The translations under genes were made by a program, and so were the position numbers. From Adineta vaga (Eukaryota > Animalia > Rotifera), in assembly GCA_021613535.1 (NCBI GenBank), contig CP075494.1:9052001-9116000 (forward strand): a DNA stretch of 64,000 nt, given 5' to 3'. Under the pieces are notes generated by a model. The model saw only the letters and a program-made list of their open reading frames with translations, ran no database searches and was not told where the DNA came from. This document shows positions 41,904-54,500 of this stretch, one piece after another; positions within the stretch are counted from its first letter, which is position 1; the number at the start of each line of letters is the position of its first letter.

Positions 41904-42861
41904 ATGTCATCAAAATCGAAATCTTTTATTAGTCCACTACCATCAAAACGAAAAGTACGAACATCTCCAACGTCTGTTAAACATGTTAAGATCGAACTCA
42001 TATCCAAACGTCATACAAATATCGCTGATCAGGATGAGATTATTCGTTCGCGTCTTCTCTATGAAGGTGATCATGGCAATGATGATCGACGTATATTAAC
42101 ACTAATGAAACTATTCAATAGTTCACCATTCGAAATTGAAAAATTACATTCATTACTTTATTCCGTTGAACACTCATATCAACTTCTTAAATCATCAATT
42201 CGAATGAATGAACATGAGCAGATTACTTATGCAGTAAAAACGCAACGAATGTACAAACAAGTTCAACAATTACGTCACGAACTGACGAGAAGTGAAGAAC
42301 GACTAACTAAAGCGAAGCAAAGACGTTCCAATCTTCTTGAATATGATCGACGTATTGATAAAATTAATCAATTAGATACAAGAAAACAATTACGAACACA
42401 ACAGATAAACACATTAGAAAGAAAACGTTACTTCGAACATCTTCAACAAACATTCGAAGCAAAGTAAGTTTTCTTGATTAATATCATAATATTCCCTACT
42501 GTTTTATTTTAGCTTTCAACAAAGATTAAGACAGATAGCTATTTATATGCGACCAATATTTGAATTTGATGAAATTTTAAAACAAGATATTCATGAAGAT
42601 GGATTAAATGAATCGATTATTGATCTCCTAACAAATGTCAGGCAACGAACATATTCGGATTCATCGATGAACTCAATCGATGGTGATGATTATGTACTCA
42701 ATATTCATTCGAATACAGAGAAGCATAAAAAGTCTGTAGACACGATATTATTCAAAAATAATCACCCACACCCATTATTTTCAAATGACGTCGAATTGTA
42801 TGGTACACAACTTATGAATCCATTATTACTTCTGTCGTCTTCAATGAGTAGTAGGGAATGA
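41904..42861 (+). CDS. THOC7: THO complex subunit 7-like protein (intron ~42464-42512)
   Basis: DQDEIIRSRLLYEGDHGNDDRRILTLMK resembles the THOC7 N-terminal motif (DEVIRKRLLIDGDG.GDDRRI), followed by a coiled coil with AKQRRSNLLEYD. Divergent, with N- and C-terminal extensions. Confidence 0.75.
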
Positions 42862-42963
42862 TTTTAATTGTTGTAATATGTTTTGTTTTGTTTGAACAAC
42901 GTAAAAACAGCTGATGAAACTAATAGCCTATTAATAGATTTTTATTGCAATAGTCGTAGTCTA

Positions 42964-44507
42964 TTATACATTCGATCGTCGGTAGTCATCAGATGCATTT
43001 CCAATCTGTACATCATGCATTTCGATTTGTATTGTCGCTCGACTTATTCCATGATCACGACGAAGCATTTCTTGTACTTCATTCAATACTTTCATCGATT
43101 CATTTGCATCATCTGCATAACAAAACAAAAACTCGTAAACATCATTATCTCATTCAGTAACCTCTCTTACCTATCGCTATATGAACAGATAATGCTACTT
43201 TTTGAGTTGATAATGACCAGATATGAAGACTATGAGCATTTCGAACACCCGACACACGAAGAAGATCATCAACAATACGTACATAGTTCACATGTGATGG
43301 AACACCTATCGAAAACATGAAAATATGTACATCTAATGAAAGAGATTATGGACATACCTTCCATGAGAACAACAACAATATCACGCATAATGGTAAAAGT
43401 GGTGATGAGAACTAAGACTGAAAAGACGAAAGTACAGATGGGATCGGCGAGATTATATTGTGGCTAAAAAGAATGAAATAGATGATAAGAGAAGTAGTGA
43501 ATAGATATTGAAGTAATATACTTTGAGTTTGATGAGGATGGCAGCGCAAAGAACACCGACACTCTGAACAAAATCACCGATGACATGAATGATGGCTGCT
43601 CGAACATTGATATTGTTTGATGATTGAGATGTTTTGTTATGATGTGAGTGATTATGTTGGTGTTGATGTTGGTGGCCTGTAGATGCAATCGCAACCGATG
43701 GTAAAACATCACCACGAGAATGATTACCATTGTTCTCGTCTAAATGTTCATATTTAATTGTATGTGAATGACCGTGATGAGATATTGACTGATGACCAAT
43801 ATTCATATGTAATACAGAAAACATTCTGAAAAATGATAATATAAACAATCAGAAAAAACAGAATTATTTATAATCATATCTACATAATATTAAAGATAAC
43901 ACCACATGACGCAACAATAATCATTTCATTTGGTTTTACTTCGAAATTCTGAGCAATACAACGTTCGATAGCAGTATACACAAGAATACCAGTACCCATC
44001 CAAAGTATTAATACACTAAAAAGTGCTCCAAGAACTTCTAAAGTACGAATTTAAATTGTTATAAGTGTAACGGAGAACATTCACAAAACCTGCTCGATGA
44101 TAACCAAATGAAAGTTTTTTCGTTGGTTGTTTTGTAGCCAAATACATTGCTGCTAATGACATAAGAAAGCTAGCAACATCAATACCCATATGAATAGCAT
44201 CGACCATAATCGCTGTTGAATTCGAAACGAGTCCACCTGAAATGAAAATATAATTGTATCACTCTCCTACTTTCCTGTATTTTTACATACCAATAGTCTC
44301 AATAAACATAAAAACAATACAGAGACTTAGAACAACAATCAGACGATTTCTTGCCGCATAATCAAATTTATCATCGTGTACATGACACTGTAAAACAGAT
44401 GGAGGCGATTGCAGAGGTATATCAAATAATGATGGTGTATGATCTTTTCCCAAGTCATAGTCAGTACTGTTCAGTACACGTACTTTATCTTCAGCAATGT
44501 GTTTCAT
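42964..44507 (-). CDS. Zinc transporter ZnT/SLC30 (ZnT2/3/4/8 subgroup), tandem copy A
   Basis: ARNRLIVVLSLCIVFMFIETIGG, DAIHMGID (TM2 HxxxD), KKLSFGYHRAE, His-rich loop, NINVRAAIIHVIGDFVQSVGV (TM5 HxxxD), ADPICTF, LMEGVP, HSLHIWSL, ATIQIE. Confidence 0.93.
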
Positions 44508-45656
44508 GGCTGCTTCTTATACTTGCAAATTGTTGAAAATATAAATCTTCTTAATAGAGGATTGTTGTATATGGAGTTGATTCTCGAACGCGTGTATTGG
44601 TTTTATATACAGCACATTTACTGTTGTACGTTCGGCTTGTTATCGTCCAAAATAAATAGCAAGAACGAAGAGAAAGAAGAAAGATAGGCGTCTTTATGAT
44701 CAGCGATTGGAGATATACAAAAGTAATGAAAATAATAACGATCAAGGGTATCACACGAAAAGAGTTCTTTTACTTATGTTTAAAAGGACACTCTTTTGAT
44801 TCAACATTTGAATTATATAATATTTATGCGTATGACTCGCTTTCAGTATAGACATTAATACGATTCTAAGCATGATGAAGAACTATATGATTAGTATTCT
44901 GCTCATTATCTGTCAATGACTACTTAATAGAGAAAAATAAGCATTTGAGACACTATATACATGTACATTGAGAGCGTTACTTCTCCTTCGAGATTACTTG
45001 ATTCTAATATGTTTTCGTCAACAGATAAATCATCAATGGTACTATTTCGTCTGTTTTCTATCAAAAGTTTATAGATAGTCTAATGAATTCTATGCACAAG
45101 AATGACAGAAGATGTTTTGATCCGTATCTGACAAAGTCTTCTTTCAACATATATATTTCTGGTCTTAATCCATCCCTTACGAGCTTCTCTCCTCGACCAA
45201 ATGTTTTTCTATATCATCAGTTGATGACGCGTATCGACATTTACTTTTTTTGATCTTTCTCGGGCAAAAATAAATAAGTCTATATGAGCAACAACTATAC
45301 ATTCGTACAGAAAGAATGAACGACGATAGTGATGATCATATATCTAACATTAAAGTTGTAAAATGCAATTAACTTTGAGGATCATTGATTTATCTCATCA
45401 CATCATCTATTTCCATAAAGCTTCTATGTCTTTTGCAATCATTGTCTTGTATTAAGAATCATAGTGTTCTCACTGATAAAATATTTAGTTAATGATAAGA
45501 AAAATTGTCTGACAACAGAATTGAAAGCAGTACAACTGAAAATACGATTGGATGCTGTCACACTATATTTTGATATGCACGAATATATCTTATAAAATTC
45601 ATAACTACTTAATGTTCTCAGATTAGATAATAAATTTATATTTAGGAAAGGTGTTC

Positions 45657-45676
45657 TGTGTGTGTGTGTGTGTGTG
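45657..45676. repeat. (TG)n microsatellite
   Basis: ~10 TG units between the two ZnT genes. Confidence 0.9.
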
Positions 45677-46261
45677 CTTGCCTTTCGAACCAGTTTTTAT
45701 CACATTAGTGAGATACAATACATAGAATGGAGGATGTCTTTCTGTACATTTCGATAATTTCATGAATCTGTTCGCTGAGACATCCGTTTCATTGAGAATA
45801 TAAATGTGGATGCAGATGTCAGTATCCTCGAGAATAGAATAGAGAAGAAATAGACTCACACACCCACTTTCACTCTCAGTATAACTTAATAAGATCAAAT
45901 TTTCATAACGAAATCTATAATTATTTGATTGACATAAACTGAGGAAGTGGACAACTGGAACGATCTCTTGTTCCTTTCGTTATTACTAATCTTCTTTCTA
46001 CACTTGAATCAAAACTTGTATAAAGCCATCATGAGATGTGTCGACTATAAAATAAAATATATCGGTGGATTTTATTCAATTCGGTATCAACAAAACAAGA
46101 ATAAACAGTGAATTTTGTTTAAAAGTATATTTTGATTCACAAAAAATGATTCACTCAACAAATACTAACATGCTTAGGAAGATGAAAACTAAACATGCAA
46201 TTATAAAAAAAAAGATGTATATAGACCGCTACTGTAATTTTAATGAATTAGATGTCGTTTA

Positions 46262-47880
46262 CTAAGTACCAGGACGTTGACAATTGTCACACGAATTCAT
46301 AATATCTGCATCATACATTTCGATTTGTATTGTCGCTCGACTTATTCCATGATCACGACGAAGCATTTCTTGTACTTCATTCAATACTCTCATCAAATCA
46401 CTTGCATCATCTACATAACAAAACAAAAACTTCTAAACATCATTATCTCATTCGGTAATTTCTCTTACCTATCGCTATATGAACAGATAATGCTACTTTT
46501 TGAGTTGATAATGACCAGATATGAAGACTATGAGCATTTCGAACACCCGACACCCGAAGAAGATCATCAACAATACGAACATAGTTCACATGTGATGGAA
46601 CACCTATCGAAGGCATGACAATATGTACACATAATGAAAGAGATTATGGACATACCTTCCATGAGAACAACAACAATATCACGCATAATGGTAAAAGTGG
46701 TGATGAGAACTAAGACTGAGAAGACGAAAGTACAGATGGGATCGGCGAGTTTATATTGTGGCTAAAAAGAATGAAATAGATGATAAGAGAAGTAGTGAAT
46801 AGATATTGAAGTAATATACTTTGAGTTTGATGAGGATGGCAGCGCAAAGAACACCGACACTCTGAACAAAATCACCGATGACATGAATGATGGCTGCTCG
46901 AACATTGATATTGTTGGATAATTGAGGTGTTTTGTTATGATGCGAGTCACCATGGTCTGCAGATGCAATCTCAATCGATAGAGGATCATCACCATGTGAA
47001 TGATTATGATGCGAGTGACCGTGACCTCCTCCATGTGAATGACCATGATGTGGTAGCGAGTTGCCACACACATTAGCATGTAAAACAAAAAACATTCTGC
47101 GACATTAAAAAAAGTATATGTTAGTTTTAAATGGCATGAATATAAGTGACATACCTACACTATATTGAAAACAACGCCACATGCCGCAACAATAATCATT
47201 TTTGGTGGATCTACTTCGAAAGTTGTATCGATACAACGTCCAATAGCCATATAAACAAGAATACCAGTCGCAACCCATATAGTGAGTACACTCAGAAGTG
47301 CTCCAAGAATCTCTAAACAATCACATAAATGTATTTGTTTCGAAAGACAAAATAATACTTTAATACTACCTGCTCGAATATAACCAAATGAAAGTTTTTT
47401 CGTGGGTTTCTGTTTTGCTAGATATAAGGCTGCTAGAGAAATAAAGAAACTAGCTGCATCTATACACATATGAGCAGCATCAGTTGCAATAGCAGTTGAA
47501 TTCGAAAGTACACCACCTGAAAAAAGCAAATCCATATATCACTATTTTATTTCAACATATTACTACATACCAACGATTTCAATGATCATAAAAATAATAC
47601 AGACAATTAATACGGTAATAAGACGATTTCGCGCAGTATAATCAAATTCATCATCGGGTACATGACAATGTGTAGTTGTTGCACGAGAACGAAGAGGTAT
47701 ATCATTCAATAAAATCAAGCCTTCTCTATCGAAATCGTCATCGAGAATATTCAATAACGGTGCTCTTTCTTCAATATTATCAACCATCAATAAAAGACTG
47801 TCATCAGATGTATTCTCATCGTCGTGATTATTTCTATTATTTTGATTTGTATGACTGTCGGGGCGCGTTATTGATGTCAT
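46262..47880 (-). CDS. Zinc transporter ZnT/SLC30, tandem copy B
   Basis: Same exon structure as copy A. N-terminal THCH, DAAHMCID, HGHSHGGGHGHSH loop, HVIGD, and C-terminal CDNC. Confidence 0.95.
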
Positions 47881-48451
47881 CCAAAAAAAAAGAAAGAATG
47901 AGAAAAAAGTAAAATAAGACTTAAGTCAATAGACAAAATAAACTTGTAGAAAAGATAAGTAAAAGCAATTAAAACTATTCGTATTGATTACATATATATT
48001 CATTGATACATATCATTCGGTCAGAGAACTTTGAAGACTAAAAATGAGTATGGTGCATTTTAGCAATTCACCTCGAAGTTGCTTACATCATTCCGAATGT
48101 AAATGTAAACAGAAGAGTCGAATTCTTGAAATGAATTGAACCATATATAAAGGCCTAATATCAATTCTTATCTATTGTCATAAAAGAGGTCGCTAGTTTT
48201 TCTCGAAAATCATTTCATGTACGATGTAAAAACAGGAAAAAAACAAAGAATATTTGGAAAATATAAATTTATGAAAAATATCTTCTAAGTCCTTATAGAT
48301 CTTCTTTATTGATCTTTGATTGGATTAAATTGACCATTCATCGTCTTCAACGTTTGTCGCCGCATCCGCATTGCTGCATACCTGTACTTTTTCAGCTGTC
48401 GAATATTATGGTGTGAATATTGCATATTTCATATAGTCATTACTAGATAAT

Positions 48452-50375
48452 ATGCTTTTCAATATATTTTCTTTCATCAGTGAACATTTGATGATTCAAC
48501 GCACTAGATCCCTGTTATATTTATTTGTATTAATTGTCCTGTCAGATGTGTTCTTTCTTGGTAAGTTGCAAAGAAATAGAAATGTATTAAACATTTCGAT
48601 GAAATACTCTTTTAGGTGCTAACGGAAATACAAGTGATATTGTGAACGATCATTTAGACAAAGGAAAACAATTATTAGCTGCTGGACAATTATCTGATGC
48701 TCTAACACATTTTCATCAAGCAATTGGTAAGAATAAATGATTGAACCGGGACATAGATAAATTATTTTCTTTACAGAAGTAGATCCAAATAATTATTTGA
48801 GTTATTTTCGTCGTGCAACTGGTTATTTAGCTATGGGAAAATCGAGAGCAGCACTTCCAGATTTAAGTAAAGTTACTGAACTTAAGCCCGATTTCATTGC
48901 TGTAAGTTGCATAAGAAAATATTTGGTTTTGCATATGATATCTTATTTGATACAAATAGGCTCGAATGCAACGAGGAAATGTTCTTCTAAAACAAGGTGA
49001 TTTTGATGACGCAAAACAAGATTTTCAGCATGTGGTATGTCTATATGACAGAATTAATATTTAAACAAAAGATTTCATCTAATTTTCATAGTTACGATCG
49101 GAACCATCGAATAGTGAAGCACAAAATCAACTGGATGTAACTTTACAAATGGCTCAACTATACCAACAAGCAGAAGCATTCTATTCAAATCAAGATTATC
49201 CCAAAGCTATAGAATTATTTTCAACAGTGATTGAAGTACGTTGATATTGTTTTCTATCCATTTAAACAAGATCGAACATATATTTTCTTTTTCTAGCATT
49301 GTCCATGGTCGATAAAAGCTCGTGAATTACGTGCTAATAGTTATTTAGAAATACACGATATATCAAAGGGTGTTAATGATCTTAAGGCTACAGCAAAATT
49401 GATTCCTGACAATACTCAAGCATTTCTCCAAATAAGTCGTCTACTCTATTCAATGGGTGATGCTGATGATAGTTTAGTGTAATTATCTAACAATTAATTT
49501 CACTGAAATTCATTCACATAGTTTGATCTATTTTTATAGAAATATTCGTGAATGTCTTAAATTAGATCCTGATCATAAAGAATGTCATGCACATTATATC
49601 AAAGTAAAGAAATTAGCTAAACAATTAGAAACAATTCGTGATGCTACTAGTCAATCACGTTGGAATGATTGTCTTGAAAAAGCTCAGCAAGTACTTAAAC
49701 TTTCTTCTGATTCATCGTCAGCTACATTTGTTCAACGTGCTCATTCATCGTTATGTACGTGTATGTCACGGGGAAAATCACCTGCCAAAGATACAATCGA
49801 AACATGTAGTGAAGTCTTAAGAAAATATCAAACTTCCGATGCTGAAGTATTAATTAGTCGAGCTGAAGCTTATATTTCGAATGAAGATTATGAAGCTGCA
49901 TTAGCTGATTATCAACGTGCACATGAAAGTGAAGATTCTAATCGTGTACATGATGGTATCAAACGTGTACAAAAATTAATTAAACAATCGAAAAAACGTG
50001 ATTATTATAAGATCTTAGGCGTACGACGATCAGCCAATAAAGCAGAAGTTCTAAGAGCTTTTCGAAAATTGGCAATTAAATGGCATCCAGATAAATACGA
50101 AGGCGATGATAAGAAGAAAGCAGAAAAAATGTTTATTGATATTGCAGCAGCTAAAGAAGTTTTAACTGATCCAGGTTCGTTTTTTTCTCTGATTTCAAAG
50201 TCCTATTAGATTATTCATGATTTGATTCTTTTTAGAAAAACGTGCTAAATTTGATGCTGGTGACGATCCACTTGATGCAGAAGAGCAAGCTCAACAAAAC
50301 AATCCGTTCAATGGTTTTAACCCTTTTGGTGGTGGAAATAATCAAGGTTTCACATTTCGCTTCCATTTCAATTGA
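48452..50375 (+). CDS. DNAJC3: DnaJ homolog subfamily C member 3 (p58IPK; signal peptide, TPR repeats, J domain)
   Basis: HLDKGKQLLAAGQLSDALTHFH, YLSYFRRATGYLAMGKS, IRECLKLDPDHKEC, KRDYYKILGV...WHPDK...AEKMFIDIAAAKEVLTDPEKRAKFDAGDDPLD, C-terminal FTFRFHFN. Confidence 0.95.
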
Positions 50376-50705
50376 TACCGACAATATGATTGTGTACAGT
50401 TGTCCCATTTTTGTTTGTTTTTATTCTCATCGTCTATTTTTCTTTTTCTTTGTTCACACAAACCATCAAATAGATCATTCTTTGTTATTTAGTATTTTTA
50501 AACATATGTCTTGTTTCTCATGAATGTCAAAAGTGATGAAAAACAAGGAAAACTGTCTGTTTTTATTTACGATGACAAACAACAAATATATAAGTTGATG
50601 TGATAAATGCACTGAAATACAGATGGCTATACATTGATAGAACGGGGACAATAAAAATAGAATGATTATTAGGAATTGGAATGAATCATGTATTGTCAAT
50701 CGAGT

Positions 50706-51544
50706 TTAGTCAGACATATTGGCTCCATTCGACTAAAAGAAAGGAACAGAATGAATTAATTTTTTAGAATGAAATTTTTGATTTCTTTTACTTGAAGAAT
50801 AGAAACAATAAGACCGAACAGTCCAATTGCACTAGCGAAAATTTCAATAATAAGTATGCGAACGAATAGAGATGAATTTTGTGCATCAGCTAACGCAGCA
50901 CCTGATCCGACAAGACCAACACAAACACCACAGAAAAGATTACATAAACCAACAGTTAAACCTGCGCCAAATAATTTATAACCTGCACGATATTTCAATG
51001 CTAATTCGTCGGGTTTTGTTGTCATAAAACTCTATATTAGAACAAAATTAATCAATTGTACAAAACAATATTCTTCTGCTTACAGTGATTGAACCAGATA
51101 TAACAATACCCATAATCAATCCATAGATAGCAACAGCTTCGCACATAATAATTGAAATAAGATTTTTTGTACGAATACGTGGTGCTTTAACTCCACCACC
51201 TAATATACTCACACCAGTTGCAAATATACCTCTATTAAAAACAAACAAGTATAGATCTTAGAATTTTACTCAAGTTTCTATTCGAATTACAATGCAGCTC
51301 CAAGAACAGATAATGACACGGCTAATGCAATACCAATCAAGGCCCATTGATAAGGTGATATAGCAAGAAGAAACCAGCCAATATCAAAACGAAAACCATT
51401 ATTTGTTAGCATATAAGTTAAACCTAAACATAATAAACACAATTATATCATCTGTTTCGTTTGTCCTAAAAACTTCATACCGGCATAGATTGCTAAACCA
51501 ACACCAGCGCTAAGAGCGCCTTTACTTAAATAAGAAGTACTCAT
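50706..51544 (-). CDS. ATP6V0B: V-type ATPase 21 kDa proteolipid subunit c''
   Basis: [37 protein letters not shown] (essential Glu), [50 protein letters not shown]. Confidence 0.95.
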
Positions 51545-51970
51545 TCGATTTATTTTCTATAAAACTAAAAGAAACGAAGAGAAATATTTAATGACGTCTC
51601 GAACGAACAAATAAATGATGTTATCAGTCAACAAATATACATTAGTTTAGACTTGTTTTTATAACGATCTCACACGCACACACACCAGTTATTATGATTT
51701 ATGTCGCATTCGATGGTTTACTATAACCAATAGTATATAATATATCAAAAGAGGTCGTTCTTTTACTTCGAGAAAACTGTTGTTCTATACAGAATTAGAT
51801 GAATTGAATTGAAAGCAAATTTATTTGGATATACAAAAAATAAAAGTAGACAAGTGTTCGTCATTTCACCGAAAAAAAAACTGAAGAAAATTGTCTTATT
51901 AATTAATATGACGAAAGTATAAAATTTCTCATTAATAATAAAAACACCGGTAAACTAAGAATGAAGTTTA

Positions 51971-54373
51971 TTAAATCTTATTAAGTGATTGTAAGGATTG
52001 TGAACGAGCATGAACACGTAATAGACGTTCATATTCTCTTTCATGTGTTTGTAATAAAAGTTGATTTTCACGAATTTGATCACGATGTTTAATTAAACGT
52101 AAATAACTATCTTCACGTTTGGCATGTAACTAAAATAAAACAGATAGAAAGTCATGTGTGCATCTTTTTTTTTAATACTTTATCTAATTTAGCTTTTTCT
52201 TTGACTAATTGTTCTTCTAATTCGTTCTCTTCGTGTTGAGCACGAGCAATTTCTTTTCGAACACGAACAGCATCTGATTTTTTCTTTTTTTGTAAAGTAT
52301 CTTGAAGTTTTTGTACTTCACGTTCTTTTTTACGTCGATCATATTCGGCTTGTTTCAATGATTCACGTAAATCATGTTCGATTTCTTCATTTTTACCAGC
52401 AGTTTTCTGCGTAAAAAAGAGACATATATCGAAACATTTACTATGAATTCTTTACTTGAAAATGTCGTAAGTGATCTTCATGCTCTTGAGTTTCTTGTTC
52501 TGCATAATGAATTTTCGCTTTACTAGCTCCTTCTGCTTCACGTTCTTCTTCTCGTGTAGTTTTCTCACGTAAATATTGAGTCATTAATTGTGTTCGACGA
52601 TGATCAACATCCTAAATTCAAACCAATCATTTTCTTTTGTTGTCTAATGCAAATAACAAACAGTTATTTTAGCCATCAATTCAGCAGCACGACGATCTTG
52701 TTGAGCAACAGCTGCATCTTGATTGAGTTCACGTTGTTTAGCATAGATAGTTTCGAGACGATTTTTTGTATCGATGATTCGACGAGCAGCTAAAACAGGT
52801 CTACGTCATAAAATGTTTAACTCGTTGATAGATACCTTCACGTTGTTTGAGATCAATGAGCGAACGATTCAATGTTACATCCGCAGACAAACGTCTTCTT
52901 TCAAGATCAAAGTTTTTTACATAGATACTTGTCTTACTAAAATGAGATGACATGAAAATTAAACATCAATTATAGTTAGATAAAACACAGATTGATAAAA
53001 GCTATTTCTAAGAACCAAATAGACCTAGTTGCTCACTAAGATTAATGTTCAACAAAAGATAACTTAAGCATTTATAAGTCACATCATCATTTGTAAAAAT
53101 TCCATTAATAAATTTACTTCAATCGTTGTTCAAATGTTTGTTCTTGATTAAGATCATGTTTAATCGTTTGAAGTCGTTCACGACTTGATAAACTATCAAA
53201 CAAATAACATACTATTCTTTTGCAAAACGTTTGTATTTAATTATATATACCTTGAAATTTCATTCTTATCAATTTTACCCTTTTGAGATTCTAAATGAAG
53301 TGCCATAGAAATTTCGCCTAATTCCTTTTTAGTTCGATTCTCTTCGCTCTAAATCAAACAGTGAAAACCTAAAATATTCAATTTTATACGAAGAATAAAA
53401 ATCCAACCGCTTTTTGTTGAAGTTTATCTTCAAAATCTGCATGAAGTTGAGCTAATTGTTGATGTTTCGCTTCTAATTCATTTGCTTTTATCCGATATTG
53501 TCGTGCAAGATCATTACAAACCAGAATATTTCTACGTTCAGCATTTTTACTCGTTTGAAGTAAATCTACCACCTGTTCATTTCGTTGTTTTATTTGCTAA
53601 TCGAATAAGAAAAAACGAACAATAAGAAATTCTTTAGATGATAAACATATCATTACTTGTTCTTTTTTCTTCACTAGTTCTCGTCCATTTCGATCTCTTT
53701 CATCGAAATTATCCGAAGGATATTTTTCTGAATCTAAACGTTTTTTTCCTGCATCTAATAACATGGAAGAATAATCAATTGAAATTGTTATTCTTATTCA
53801 AATCTTACTAAGATTTAATTCTCTTAATGTATGATGTAATGGTCGTTGTTCTCGTTTAACATCATCTTCCGAACGTTTTGATTCGATTTCACTTTGTTTA
53901 GATTTTATTACTTGTTCCTAAATAAAATAAAAAAATGAATTGAGGAAGACTATATTAATATTACATTACCTCAATAAGTCTCATTTGTTTATCATATTCT
54001 TTTTCTTTACTCTCAATATCTGTTGAAATAGCTATTACAGATGGTAATTCCTTTTCAGTTGTTTGTTTGCCCTTTTTTGATACGGATGACGTTGCTTTAT
54101 CCGGTGAAGTATTTTTCGATGATGAGTTTGTTTCATTTTGTTGTCGTTGAAGTGAACGAACACGACGTGAAGAATCTACATAACCACCATTAGTCATATA
54201 ACGACCATGTTTTCTAAATACGGATTATAAAATAAAATCAATTAATTGAACTCATTCTACCGGAGAAAATCAGCATAATTGACAAGATCATCATCATCAT
54301 AAGTAAAAGCACTAGTTTCAGCTATTTCAGCATAACGACTATCAAGTATTGATGGATGAGCAAATTTAGTCAT
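51971..54373 (-). CDS. Uncharacterised long coiled-coil protein (many short exons), possibly ciliary
   Basis: A chain of minus-strand ORF fragments rich in E/K/Q/R heptads, flanked by GT-AG sites. Start MTKFAHPSILDSRYAEIAE. No family recognised. Confidence 0.7.
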
Positions 54374-54486
54374 AATTTATGTATAGATTCTTCTCTTTCA
54401 CTTAATTAATAAGAATAAAGAACGAAAGAACAATTTTTTTCTTCCATCAACATCACGCTTTCATGTTTGTAGACATTTATGTGTAT

Positions 54487-54500
54487 GTTTCTATGCCAAT
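54487..54500. promoter_or_regulatory. Imperfect RFX X-box-like element
   Basis: GTTTCTATGCCAAT ~115 bp upstream of the coiled-coil gene ATG; one good half-site. Confidence 0.3.

Noticed and set aside
42883-43320. 145-aa + strand ORF and its 113-aa twin at 46277-46618, looking like a duplicated novel gene
   Set aside because: They are antisense shadows of the converted ZnT 3' exons and introns; their similarity is explained by the minus-strand genes.
44508-45650. Metal-response elements upstream of the ZnT genes
   Set aside because: Only partial TGCAC matches were seen; no full TGCRCNC consensus found by eye.
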